Assembly (NCBI GenBank): GCA_004431415.1
Contig: QPMI01000038.1
Coordinates: 332,955 to 396,954, forward strand
Length of the DNA: 64,000 nucleotides
Origin: Cyanophora paradoxa CCMP329
Lineage: Eukaryota; Plantae; Glaucophyta
Reading direction: 5' to 3'
Shown here: positions 23,297-34,506 of the stretch, piece after piece
How positions within the stretch are numbered: the first letter of the stretch is position 1
Layout: each line of letters starts with the position of its first letter
Made by a program: the position numbers and the translations under genes
Notes under the pieces: model-generated
The model's input: the letters and a program-made list of their open reading frames with translations, nothing else
What the model was told of the DNA's origin: nothing
Databases searched by the model: none

Positions 23297-26200
23297 ATGC
23301 CCTCTGAGCAGCTCGCGGGCGTGCTTTCGACCGCCGAAGCGACCAAAATGCAGCTCAGCCTGCACAACGCCGAACCTCGCGAGTTTCTAACTCGCTACCT
23401 CCGTCGCGCCGGTCCTGCCGCGGGAGGCCTTCAGCTCAACTCCATCTCGGCGCCCGGCGATGAGTTGCACGCGGACCAACTCGTCCTCCCAGGTCAGTGG
23501 TGCCCCTCGGGGCGCGCGCAGTGTAGGTGGCCCGCAGGTTCTCTGCAATCACGGCATCACACTTCGCGGCCACGCCTGGGCAAGGACGAGCGAGACCGCC
23601 GATCTCGTCGTCGCGCGCACCGAGATCGGGATCGCGATCGCGATCGCGACACACACCTGCGCGCACCGCCAGGCCCCACGTCACGGTCGTGCCCCCCTCT
23701 CGATAAGACGCCTTCCCATGGCAACAGCGGCCCGCGCAAGTCTCTTTTTGCGCGATGGTCACCGGTTTCGCGCAGATTTCGAGTCTCCGCAAAAAGTGCG
23801 CGCACTTCACGATGGCCTGCTTCCGGCCAAGCCAGGGAGCACGCCCTCGCCCTGCGCGCACGCTGCCGCACTAACCGGGTTCGAGGCGGGCGGCCTCGCC
23901 TCCGAGTCGAGCCTGATCGTCGAAGTCCCGGCCGCGCGACGGCGCAGGGGCGCGGATCAGGATCCTCGTCCCCCTGGGCGCACGACGGGCGCGGCGTGGG
24001 TGAGGCTAAGTCCCACCGCACGCCAGCTGTCCGCGTCGCCTCGAGTTCTCACACTCGCCTGCCGCGCGCAGATCGCGCCGACACCTCGCGTCAATCAGCG
24101 CTGAGGAGCGCGATCGCGAGCCTCCGGCTCGGACACCCCGCTAACCTTGCGGGAGGGGCTAGAGCGCTCACTACGCGACCGCTCGCCTCGCTCACGCCTT
24201 CGCGCGCAGCGGAGGCTCGCAAGCTGCTGTCCTCGCGCGCCGACCTCGAGGGCTTCTTCGAGAAGTACTTCCTCAAGTTTGGCATCCTGTTCACGGCCGC
24301 TCGGCTGTTGCCGGACAAGCAGCTGTGCCTCACGGCGTTCGGCCCGGCCGATATGTACGTGACTGAGCACGACACGGTCTCCTTCGTGCGCCTGACCTGC
24401 AAGGCTGCAAACATCGCGCCCACGGCGTCTCTGACCCAATCTGCAGGGCACGGTGTCGCAGGCCCAGCCGGCCGACGACCACCAGCGCGGCTACTTCGGC
24501 GTCCCTCTGGGGCTCCCGCTCCACTACATTCCGGAGGGCGGCGAGTCAGAGGAGGACCGCGTCGCCCGCCGGTCCTGGCCCCTACCGGTACGCCCCATGA
24601 TCACTTCCTCTCTTTCCCGCCCGCGGACGGCGCTGATCATGTCGGCGGTGCTCGCAGCGGCCTCGAGGGCCCTTGGGCAACATGCCGGAGCAGGCGGTGG
24701 CCTTCCCGCCGCCCTGCAGGAGTACAAGCTCCACGTCGGCGAGGTCGCTGGCCTGTACGCGGCGCTCCTGGCGCTCCTGGCGAACGGAATCCCCGGCGAG
24801 GCCAAGCGCCCTACCATCCCGACGATCATCAAGCGGATCTGCGACGAGCAGCGCCCGCTCGTCGTCACCGCCCTGCCCTTCGTCGCCGAAACGGTGTGCA
24901 CCTGCCGGCCGCGCAGCCCGGGCCCGCCCTCCTCCTCGCTCAGCCTCGACCAGGTCGAGGCGATTTTCGCGGGAGGATCAGGGGCGGCTTTCAAGACCCT
25001 CAGCCGCTGCCCGGAGGCCGCTTGGGGCGCCGTTTTCGCGCCAACTGCCCTCAAGCAGTTCAAGCTTCGCACCCTCCCCAACCTCGCGGTACGCTCGCAG
25101 CCCCTCTCCCCTGGCAGCGGCGCCAGTTGCGTTCGTGGCCTCACGACGCCCGCGATCGCAGACGCTCGACGACGTCCTCGCCGCTCTCTCCCCGAAGGTC
25201 TTCTCTCAGCGGCAGCTGATCGAAGTGGGCGAATACCTCCGCCCGCGCCTCGCTGGCACGCTGGAGGAGGCGCCACGCACCTCGGCGACCCGCGAAAGCG
25301 ATCGCGAGCCGGCGACCTCGAGCGCCGCGGCCGAGCGCGACCCCCGGCCGGCCCAGGGCGCCAAGAAGCCTGTGTCGACCCCGGCCGGGGCGACGTCGAA
25401 GCCCGCAGCTCCCCCCTCGAAGGCCTCCAAGGCGCCCAAGAAGACCGGCGCCGCGAAGGCGCCGGCGGCTCCAGCGGTCCCCAAGAAGCGGCCGCCCCCG
25501 CCGCCGCCCACTGACTCGGACGACGAGGAGGAGGACGTGGAGGTCGCCCCCAAGCGCCCCCGGCCGGCGCCAACCCCCTTCTCTGCGTTCGACAAGGGGT
25601 ACGCCGGCTGGGCCCCCAATGGCAAGCGCCCCATCGCACCGGTACGCCAGCGTTCTGGGAATCCGAACGCCACTTCCTCACGCCCGCGAGAGCAGAACGC
25701 GGCGGCGCCGGCCCAGGCACCGGCAGCCTCGCGGCCCGGCAGCTTCTTCGCGGCGCCGGGCGGGGCGCGCAACGGGAACGCTGGCAGCGGTGCGCCTCCC
25801 CCGCCCGGGCGCCCGCCCCGCCTTCCCCGCGGCCACGAAATTGATGCACCGCCAGTTCCGTCGGGCGAGACCTGGAATGCGGCGCCCTGGAGCGCGATGG
25901 GCCATGCCGGCGACCTTGAGCTCGAGGACGCCGACGACTTCCTGGAGGAGGTCGACCCCCACGCGCCCCTCTACTACTCGAACCCGCCCAACGGCCAGCC
26001 GCCCTACCCGGCGACTTTCGCGGCGGCGCCCCAGCCGCCCTTCTCCTCCTCGGCTCCGGCAGCGAGCCGTGCACCGCTGCCCCCGGCGGCAGCCAAGGCC
26101 GCGATCATCCTCCCGCCCGTGGAGGAGACAGTCCGCTCGCAGCATGGGCTGCCAATCAACGACGTCAACAGCGCGCAGATGCGCGAGGCGGTCGTCTGGC

Positions 26201-27431
26201 TGGCCAAGCGCATCCAGAAGGCAGCTCAGACGCTGTCGGACGGCCGCGTCGGCGAGGAGCTCGCCCCGAACGCCGTGGCTGCAGCCGCTGCGAAGGGCGG
26301 CGCGGCGGTCGGCGCCGAGCTCGCTGACTCGGCCCTCCGCGCCGTCCTGCTCCACCTCGAGCAGGCCTTCGCGAGCCGCGATTTCGCGGGCCTGCTCGCC
26401 GCCGTCCAGGTCCAGAGCGCCGTCCTCGACCACGCACGCGCCGCAGGCGACCCGGAACTGGTGGCCTTCCTCGCCCAGCACTTCGTGAAGCTGGAGCGCG
26501 CCTGCGCCAGCCTCGAGAAGGCCACCCGCAGCGCCGTCGCCATCCACGCCCTCTGCGCTCCCTCCTCCGCCGGCGGCTTCGACCCTGTGCGCCTCGCGGC
26601 CAGCGGCGAGCTGCTCCTTGGCAAGGGCACGGTGCCCACCCCTCCCGCCCCGCCCCGCAAAAACGGTCCCGACCTCGAACTTACGGACTGCCCGGTTGCA
26701 GGCGACGAACCTCCTGAAGGAGGAGGAGGGCTTCGGGCTCGCCGGCCAGCCGACCTGGCAACAGCTCGAGGGCGCGGAGGCAGCTCTCAAGTTCGCCGCA
26801 AGAACCTCTCGACGGCGACGGCCTCCTCTCCGGCGGACCTGGTCCGCTCGACCTTTGCTGGTCCGTGCCCTCAGCCCCAGCCCCGCCGACAGTGCGCGCG
26901 CTGGTGCCGGCTAGCGCTGATAGCGCCAGCGCGCAGAGGCCAAGTCCGGCGGGCCCATGGCCACCCTCACCCCGCAGGGACCGGCTTCATGCCCATGTTC
27001 CCGTTCCCCCCGCGCCTCCCGGCTACTACTACGATCCCGCCCAGCACCGCTCGGGTGGCGGTGGCGGCGGTGGCGGCCGGCTGCGCAAGGCGCGGGGCGG
27101 CGGTGGCGGTGGCGGGGCGGCGGCGGCGGCGGCAGCCGCAACGGCGGCGGAGGCGGAGGCCACGCCCAGCACGGCAGCGGAGGCGGCGGCCACGGCGGCG
27201 CAGGCGGCGCCGCCGGCAGCGCCGCCGGTCAGCCGGCCCGCAGCGGTTAGCGGCTCGAGCGCAGCTGTACGACAGGCCCGCAAACGCGCGGCCGAGGCCC
27301 CGCCCCCCAGATCTAGACCTGGCGCCCCCAGGCGTAATTTTGCAGTCGTCGGTAGCTCGCAGTCAGAGGCAGACAGCCCGGCAGCTAGCCCTGATTTTGA
27401 TCAGGAGGCAGGATGGGACCTCAATAAATCA
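23297..27431 (+). CDS. ORF1 (gag-position) protein of the YR retrotransposon, intron-containing
   Basis: Successive ORF-track frames are joined by introns at 24404-24461, 24894-24953, 25089-25161 and 26632-26701, and probably 24588-24657 and 26861-26936. No CCHC knuckle seen. Confidence 0.6.
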
Positions 27432-29437
27432 ATGATTTGGTCTCCCCTCCCGGCCGATGCACTGCCCCGGGCCCCTTTGACACCTCCCTCTCACAACGAG
27501 TTTGCACTGCTCCGAGAGCTAGTCCGCAAGCACGGTGACCCCGGCCCGTACAACTTCGCCAGCCACGAGGCAGGCTTCCGTGCGGGCCAGCTCGCAAAGT
27601 TTGCACCTGCATGGCGGGCCCTCTTCCGCGCCGCAAACACGGAGCTGCCCTCCTGGGTTGGCCTAGTGATTCGAGAAGGCCTGCGCCTTCCTCTGCAAAA
27701 AGCGCCCGGACAGCCGGTCCCCTCACTTAAGGACCTTCCAGCGACAGCCGCCGAGCAGCCGCGCCCCTCATGCTTCAAGACGCCTGAGCACACGACCTTC
27801 GTCGACCGCGAGGTTGCCGTGATGCTGAGCCTCGGCGTGGCAAGGCTGGCGACGGCCGAGGACGTGCTCCTCACTCGCCATGTCTGCGCGCTCCATGTCG
27901 TAGACAAGAGCGGCCCTGATAAATTCCGCTTGTGCCTAGACGCGACGCCTGTAAATGATTTTATTCAGTGCAAATCATTTCAGTATCAGTCGCTCGACCA
28001 CGTGGCACCTCTGCTCACGCCGGGCTGTTGGATGGTCAAATACGACCTGCGAAAAGGCTACTATCACATTGCCTTGCACCCGGCTACTCAGCGGCTGCTG
28101 ACTTTTCGCTGGCGGGGCCGCCTGTACGTCTATCAAGCCCTCTGCTTTGGCGTGAACGTCGCTTGTCGCGTCTTCACCAAGCTGATGCGAGCCTTTGCGA
28201 AATACTGGGCAGCCCTCGGGGTTCGCCTCTGCACCTACATTGATGACGGGCTCTTCATCTGCCCTCACGCGAGATTGCCGAGCTGGTCTCCCAGCACCTT
28301 CGCTGGCTGGCCCCGCAGCTCGGCCTAGTGTTTTCGTCGAAGTCGGACTTCACTCCGACCCAGGTCACTGAATACCTGGGACTCGAGATCGACACCCGCC
28401 CTGGGCGCGGCGTCTTCACCGTAACGCCGAAAAAAGTGGCAAAAATCACGGCTCTCCTAGACGAGGCGCTGGCGTCCCCGACGGCCTCTGTCCGAGCCCT
28501 GCAGCGGCTTGCGGGAAAATTGATTGCGCTCCGCATGGCCTTCCCGGCCGCCCGCCTCATGACCCGCCCCATTTTTGCGGCGCTGGCGGCGGCTGAGCGT
28601 ACAGGACGGAACCCGTTCGACCCGTTGGCAGTTCAGATCGACGGAGCGGTCGCGGACGCGCTAAACTGGATGCGGCGTGTGCTCCCAACACGCCCCCACC
28701 ACCCGATTTGGGAGCCCCTCCGTTTCTTTCGGCTGTTCACCGACGCCTCCGGCTACGGTTTCGCCGCCTTCTTAGACTGTGGCGAAGGGGCCACCCCCCT
28801 TGACGAACGGCAGGGAGATGCGTGGTCCACCTGGGGCACGTTTCCCCCAGAGCTCCGTGCCGGCGCGCAGCCCCCCGTCTCGAGCAACGAGCGTGAACTC
28901 CGAGCAGTGCTCGCAGCGGCGCGCGACCTCTTCCCCCTGCTCCCGTTCGGCGCAAAAGTCTTCCTGCGCTCCGACAACTCGACTACGGTCGCCGCAGTCG
29001 GCAAGGGCAGCGCCTCCCCCCGCCTGTTTGACCTGTGCGTCGAGCTCTGGCGACGCTGCGCAGAGCTCGGCATTATTCTTTGCGCACGCCACATTCCCGG
29101 CGTACGCAACCGCTGGGCTGACACGGCCTCGCGTTCCCTGCGCCCGCAGCTCCACCGAGGACTGCTCGCTGCGGCGCACGCGGCTCTCGGCGCGGGCTGG
29201 CCCCATGAGCACGTCGCAGACGACTCCGACGTCTGGCTGGCGGCGGCGCGGCCCCAGCGCCCCGCAATTCTCACAGCCGACTCGCGGCTCCGAGCTCGCC
29301 TTCTGGCGAGCCTCCGCGACCACCCGCCCGCCTGTCCCGTGGCCCTCCTACTACCATGGCAGCCGAGCACGACTTGGGCGATCGCGCTGTCCGACCTCTG
29401 GTTCCAGCCGAAAATCCTGAGCGTGAAACTGGGCTAG
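27432..29437 (+). CDS. Reverse transcriptase + RNase H + degenerate methyltransferase-like tail (DIRS-type pol); 1-nt frameshift at ~28264
   Basis: RT: KFRLCLD, KYDLRKGYYHI, LCFG, YIDD, YLGLEID. RH: FTDASG, NERELRAV, RSDNSTTV, HIPGVRNRWADTASR. Tail: LLLPWQPSTTW. Confidence 0.95.
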
Positions 29438-29992
29438 AGTCCGTAGCAGGCAGAGGGGTACGTGAACTAGGGCTAGTTCGCAACACCTGTCCTGGGTACG
29501 GCAGTCTGGCCTAGGGTACGCGAAGCAGGGGAGAGGCAGGACCAAGGCGCCGTATACATAGGGTAGGGTCGGGTGGGAGAGCTCGAGGCGCGACGGCGCA
29601 CTCGGGGTACAACAACTGAAGAGGGGCGGGCAGTCGTGCCTCGGGTACAGCTGCTCTACGTCTACTCGCGGGTTGACCTAAGTAAACTACTTTACTATCA
29701 ATCAACCCTAGCGAGTTTACTCTTAGCAATAGAGGGGTACACTCCCCGCAGTGCTGTGAGCTCTGCGTCGCTAGCATGGTCATATGCTAATCTAGTATAT
29801 GCATACACAACTCGAAATGGGTGCCAAGAAGGGGACTGCCTCGGGCCTGTGAAAATCCTGAGCGTGAAACTGGGCTAGAGTCCGTAGCAGGCAGAGGGGT
29901 ACGTGAACTAGGGCTAGTTCGCAACACCTGTCCTGGGTACGGCAGTCTGGCCTAGGGTACGCGAAGCAGGGAGAGGCAGGACCAAGGCGCCG
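29410..29992. repeat. 142/143-bp direct repeat (29410-29552, 29851-29992) between pol and YR
   Basis: gaaaatcctgagcgtgaaactgggc...ggaccaaggcgccg occurs twice, differing by one G. Confidence 0.9.
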
Positions 29993-30063
29993 AGGCGGGC
30001 GGCGGCTGCGAAGTGGGCGCCGCGCGCTGGCACCCATGGAGAGAGGTGTGTGATGAATGAAGG

Positions 30064-30720
30064 TCAGCTGGAGGGCACTGCGGCTGGGGGCGCGTGGCTG
30101 CTGGCGAGGAGGAGGCCCCGCTGGCGGCGGACGAGCTCGGGGCGCGCACGGATGTACAGCTGGAAAGCGTCGGACCGCCAGCGGCCGAGGAGCTGGATAG
30201 CGTAGTCAGGGAGGCCGGCCTCGAACGCCGCGGTGGCGGCGCCGATGCGGAAGCTGTGCGGCAGCAGGGGGTCGGCTGCGTAGCCGAGGGCGTGGAGCCA
30301 GTTGCGGAGGGCGGCATGCAGCTCCGAACGGGTCAGCGGCTGGCCGGTGGCGGCATGTGCGAAGATGTAGGCGTCAGGGCGGGCGGGGCCCGTCCAGGAG
30401 AGGGCGAGGGCCTCGAGGGCGCAGTGAGCGCACTCCAGGCCGCCGACATGGGGAATGTCGACGTCACAGCCCTGGCCTCGCTGATCGGTCTTCGACTTCT
30501 TCAGGCGGAGGCGGGCGAAGCTCTCGCCCTCGTCCGTGAAGAAGCGGAGGTCGCGGCGCTGGAAGAGCCGGGCCGGGTCGGGCACAGGGAGGCGGACAGC
30601 ACAGACCTCGCTGCAGCGGAAGAAGCCGAAGAAGGCGGTGGAAAAGGCGGCCCAGAGGAGCCGCGTCTCAGGTGACGGTTGGGGCGGGCTCCGCCCCCCG
30701 GCCCACCAATGAACTCCTGC
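30064..30720 (-). CDS. Tyrosine recombinase catalytic domain (antisense to RT), N-terminally incomplete
   Basis: FFGFFRCSE (R), KKSKTDQ (K), HSFRIGAAT (HxxR), LGRWRSDAFQLY (W, Y). Confidence 0.95.
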   Translation of the reverse strand, partial: AGVHWWAGGRSPPQPSPETRLLWAAFSTAFFGFFRCSEVCAVRLPVPDPARLFQRRDLRFFTDEGESFARLRLKKSKTDQRGQGCDVDIPHVGGLECAHCALEALALSWTGPARPDAYIFAHAATGQPLTRSELHAALRNWLHALGYAADPLLPHSFRIGAATAAFEAGLPDYAIQLLGRWRSDAFQLYIRARPELVRRQRGLLLASSHAPPAAVPSS

Positions 30721-32377
30721 CTAAGTCTCAGACCGCTGCACTTACCAGCGGTCGCTGTACCCCACCTCTCCCAAGAGGCCCGCTCGGCACCCTCGAGGTG
30801 CCGGGCTCGGGGTACAGCAATTCTAGACTCGCAGTAGCTCGCTAGAAAAAACGCACACGATGTGGACCCCTGGGGAAGCATCAGCCAGTATCCTCGGCTA
30901 GAGAGCGCAAGGAAACCGTGACCACACGGGGATTGCCTCTCCGGTTCGCGCCGCGAACCGTGCTCCCCTCTTCACGATCAGCTCGAGATAGCTAGATGCT
31001 CGAGTTGAAGTGAATCAATATATTACATACTCTGGGCGCTCGGCGGAGAAAAAAGCACGAGAGGCCCCGCATAAAACGTCGTATGCGCGCAAGGCGTAGA
31101 CGAAGATTTGTGCGAGCCAGAAGTGCCAAAATTAGCCGAGTCGCCAGTTTCGCGGCCAAGCGGGATCGAACCCGCGGCCCCGGGGGCCCTCACGTTAATT
31201 GCGTAAATTGCGCAATCTCACGACAACAATCGTCATGGGGCGCGTGCCGAATTATCCCCCGGCGGCCGGACAGGGTAGCCCCCCGGCTTCGCCGGGAATA
31301 TTAGGCCGGCCCCCGCCAGTTAGAGCCAGTTGCTTGCGCGACCGCACGGACGCGACCGCGCCCGTGCGGCCGCACCTCTAAATAAATCGCGAGAATAGCC
31401 TCGCGACCCACCCTCCCGCACCTCTCCGACCTCAGGACCTGGGCGAAGGCCTGGCTCGGAGCCGAATTAAATTGCGGTGACCCGAATTCGAATTCGAATT
31501 TCGGATTTCTGAGTTCGGCCGAAGAAACTTTAACCGCGGTTTTCAAAAAATCGGCCTGTCAAAAACAAGCCAACTTCGGTATATCGAATCCGAAGGCTGG
31601 AAGGGAATTCCTGGCAAGAGCTGAGCTGTACGCCAAGTTCCAGTTCTTGGCTACGGCTCAGCAACTTGGGCATGGTTTGGGCCCGGCGGGCTCCGCCCCC
31701 CGGCCCACCAATGAACTCCTGCCTAAGTCTCAGACCGCTGCACTTACCAGCGGTCGCTGTACCCCACCTCTCCCAAGAGGCCCGCTCGGCACCCTCGAGG
31801 TGCCGGGCTCGGGGTACAGCAATTCTAGACTCGCAGTAGCTCGCTAGAAAAAACGCACACGATGTGGACCCCTGGGGAAGCATCAGCCAGTATCCTCGGC
31901 TAGAGAGCGCAAGGAAACCGTGACCACACGGGGATTGCCTCTCCGGTTCGCGCCGCGAACCGTGCTCCCCTCTTCACGATCAGCTCGAGATAGCTAGATG
32001 CTCGAGTTGAAGTGAATCAATATATTACATACTCTGGGCGCTCGGCGGAGAAAAAAGCACGAGAGGCCCCGCATAAACTACTGTAACTTCCCGGGCCTGC
32101 CGCTCAGCGGATGAGCTCAAGCCGCACAAAGCGAGCGCTGCTCTCCATTTGAGCGCTCGCCCCAGGCCTGCATGCGCAGCTCGCGCGCCTCCGAGTTCAA
32201 GGCTTGCGGTCGATGATGATGGGGCAGGCCCAGGCAGCACGAGATGCGCGCTGAGCTGAGCAGCTGAGTTGCAGCTGAACGGCTGCAGCCGACGGAGGCA
32301 GCTCAGAAAGAAAGCGCCGAGGGGGGAGGAAGTGCTGCGGGGATACAGGTGTTCAGAGTGAGCACCGGCGGGAACTG

Positions 32378-34450
32378 ATGAGCGCACCGCGGCCGCACCC
32401 CAGCGCACCGTCGAGCGAAGACGCAGAGCTCGCGGAGTCGGAGCGCGCTCGAGCGCCGCCGATCGAGCAGCTGCCCGACGCGGTACTTTCGCAGGTCCTC
32501 GAGCGCGTGGGCCTGCATGGCGCGGCCCTCGCGCGCGCCGTCTGCCGCCGCTGGCGCGACGCGGCCGAGGCGGTTTCCTGGGCCCGCCTGGAGGTCGACG
32601 TGCGGAGCGGGAGCGCCGAGCACGCCGACGTGCTCGCGCTGCTGCTCGTCGGGGCGCCGGCTCCAGCGTGCGGTGGCGCGCCGAGCTTGCGGCGATGGAT
32701 CCGCGTCGCCCCCGGCGCGTCGCTGCGCCTGCGCGTGGCCGCCGTGTCGACGTGCGGGCTCCACGCGGCGACGCTGTGGAGCTCCGGCGTGGCGCTCCTT
32801 GCGGCCTGCGCCGCGGCGGCGAGCGGGGGCGGCCTCGGGGAGGTGGAGGTCGAGTTCCGGCGGCGCGCCAGCCCGCGGGCCTGCCTCGCAGACCTCCTCG
32901 CCGCCCTCGCTCCCCTCGGCGCCGTCGGCCCCGACGGGGCGGGGCGCGGGGCGCTGCGCCGGCTCGCGCTGCGGAGCGAGGGCCTCCGGAAGGACTTCGG
33001 GTATGACGCCTTCCCGCCCGCCCCGGAGCTCGAGCGGCTCCTGCGGCCCCTCGCCGCTCTCGAGCGCCTCGTCCTCCCCGTCTGCTCTGCCGCCGACCGC
33101 CCCGCCGCCGCCGCCCTCGCCCGCTCCCTCCCGCGCCTCAGGGAGGCGCGCCCTTCTCGCCCTATGCCGCCTCCACTCTGAGCGCCCCCCCCCCCCCTCC
33201 CTTCCCCCCCCCCCCAGCTGGAGGTGAACCTGGAGGGGTACGGGGCGGCGGGGGGCCTGGCGGCGCTGCCATCGCTGGAGTGCCTCGCGGTGGAGGACGG
33301 CGCCACGGGCGCCCTGCGCGACCCGCCGGACGCGGTACCCCTCCTCGAGGGCCTCGCCGCCGGCCCCGCCGCCCTCTCCCTCAAAGAGTGCGCGCACCCG
33401 CCCCGCCCCCTCGCCGGCGCCGCCCGGTACCCCCCCAACGAGCCACCCCGCAGGCTGCGCGTCCCGGCTCTGCTCTCCCGCGCCGCCCTGCGCGCCCTCC
33501 CGCGCCTCGCCGCCCTCGAGCGCCTCCGCGGGCCCTTCTCCGTCCGTACCCCCCCCGCCCCCCCCCCCCCCTTCACCCCGCCCCCAGGTCTGCGCGGACG
33601 TGGGCGGGGACGACCTGGCGGGGCTGGGCTCCCTCCCCGCCCTCCGCAGCCTGGGGCTCCTGCGCCTCTGCCCCGCGGGGCCCGAGGCGGCCGCCCAGCA
33701 GCTCGCCGGCCTCGCGGCCGCCCTCGCGCGCTCCGCAGCGCTGACCGACCTCGACCTGCGGATCGGTCCGCGCCCCCTGCCCCGGCCCGCCCCCGCCCCG
33801 CCCGCTCCTCTCAGCCCGCGGCAGGCCCGCCGCCGCCGGCGGCGGCGCTCGAGGAGCTCGCGGCGCTGGCCGGCGCGGCCCGCGGGCGCCTCTCGCTGGA
33901 GATGGAGGTCGACCTCGCGCCAGGCCGTCCCGCAGAGGTCGCCGCCGCGCTGGCCGCCGCGCCGCCGCGCCGCCTCGCCCTCGCGGTCGCCGTCGGTGCG
34001 GAGGCGCTGCGCGGCGGCTGGCTCGACGGCCTCGCCGCCTTCTCCGCCTGCTCCGCCGGCGACATCGAGGTCCGCCCCGCGCACTGCGCCCGGCTCGTGC
34101 CCTGCCTCTGGTCTCGCGGCCCCCCCGCTCAGCGACCTGTGCGCAGGTGCGCCTGCGGCTCGGCGTCCCCCTGAGGCGGCGGGGAGGGGGCGCTGGAGGC
34201 CCTCGCCCAGTCGCCGGTCCGCCACCCTCGCCCCGCCCCGCGCCGCCTCCGGCCGTCCCGACGCGCCCCGGCCCGCCGGCAGGCGATGCTGTGCGGGGCG
34301 GCGGCGCGGGCGCTCCCCGCGGCGCGCTTCCTCTTCGCCGACGCGTGGCAGGCGGGGCGGCCCCCGGCGCAGTCCCTGACCAGATAGCTCCCGGAGTCCC
34401 ACGTGCACTTGCAATTGGGCGCGCAGCCCACGCAGCCTGGCAGCAGTATA
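32378..34450 (+). CDS. F-box/LRR-like protein, spliced
   Basis: PIEQLPDAVLSQVLERVGLHGAALARAVCRRWRDAAEAVSWARLEV, plus LRR units. Paralog of 15788-17674. Confidence 0.8.
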
Positions 34451-34506
34451 CGTAGCTCAATTGCAAGCTTACAATTCGAACCATGCCAGGGGATGTGTAT
34501 TCGAAA

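Larger units (their letters stand above)
22945..32077 (+). mobile_element. Tyrosine-recombinase (DIRS order) retrotransposon, PAT/TOC1/kangaroo-like, with split direct repeats
   Basis: A1 22945-23274 = A2 31076-31405 (330 bp); B1 30683-31075 = B2 31685-32077 (393 bp). Order is A1-ORF1-RT-RH-(MT)-YR(antisense)-B1-A2-unique 279 bp-B2. No TSD. Confidence 0.95.

Noticed and set aside
28255-28275. Programmed frameshift in RT just after YIDD
   Set aside because: Restored by one extra C in a C run and there is no slippery heptamer. Similar homopolymer indels occur throughout, so it is probably an assembly error or a copy-specific mutation.
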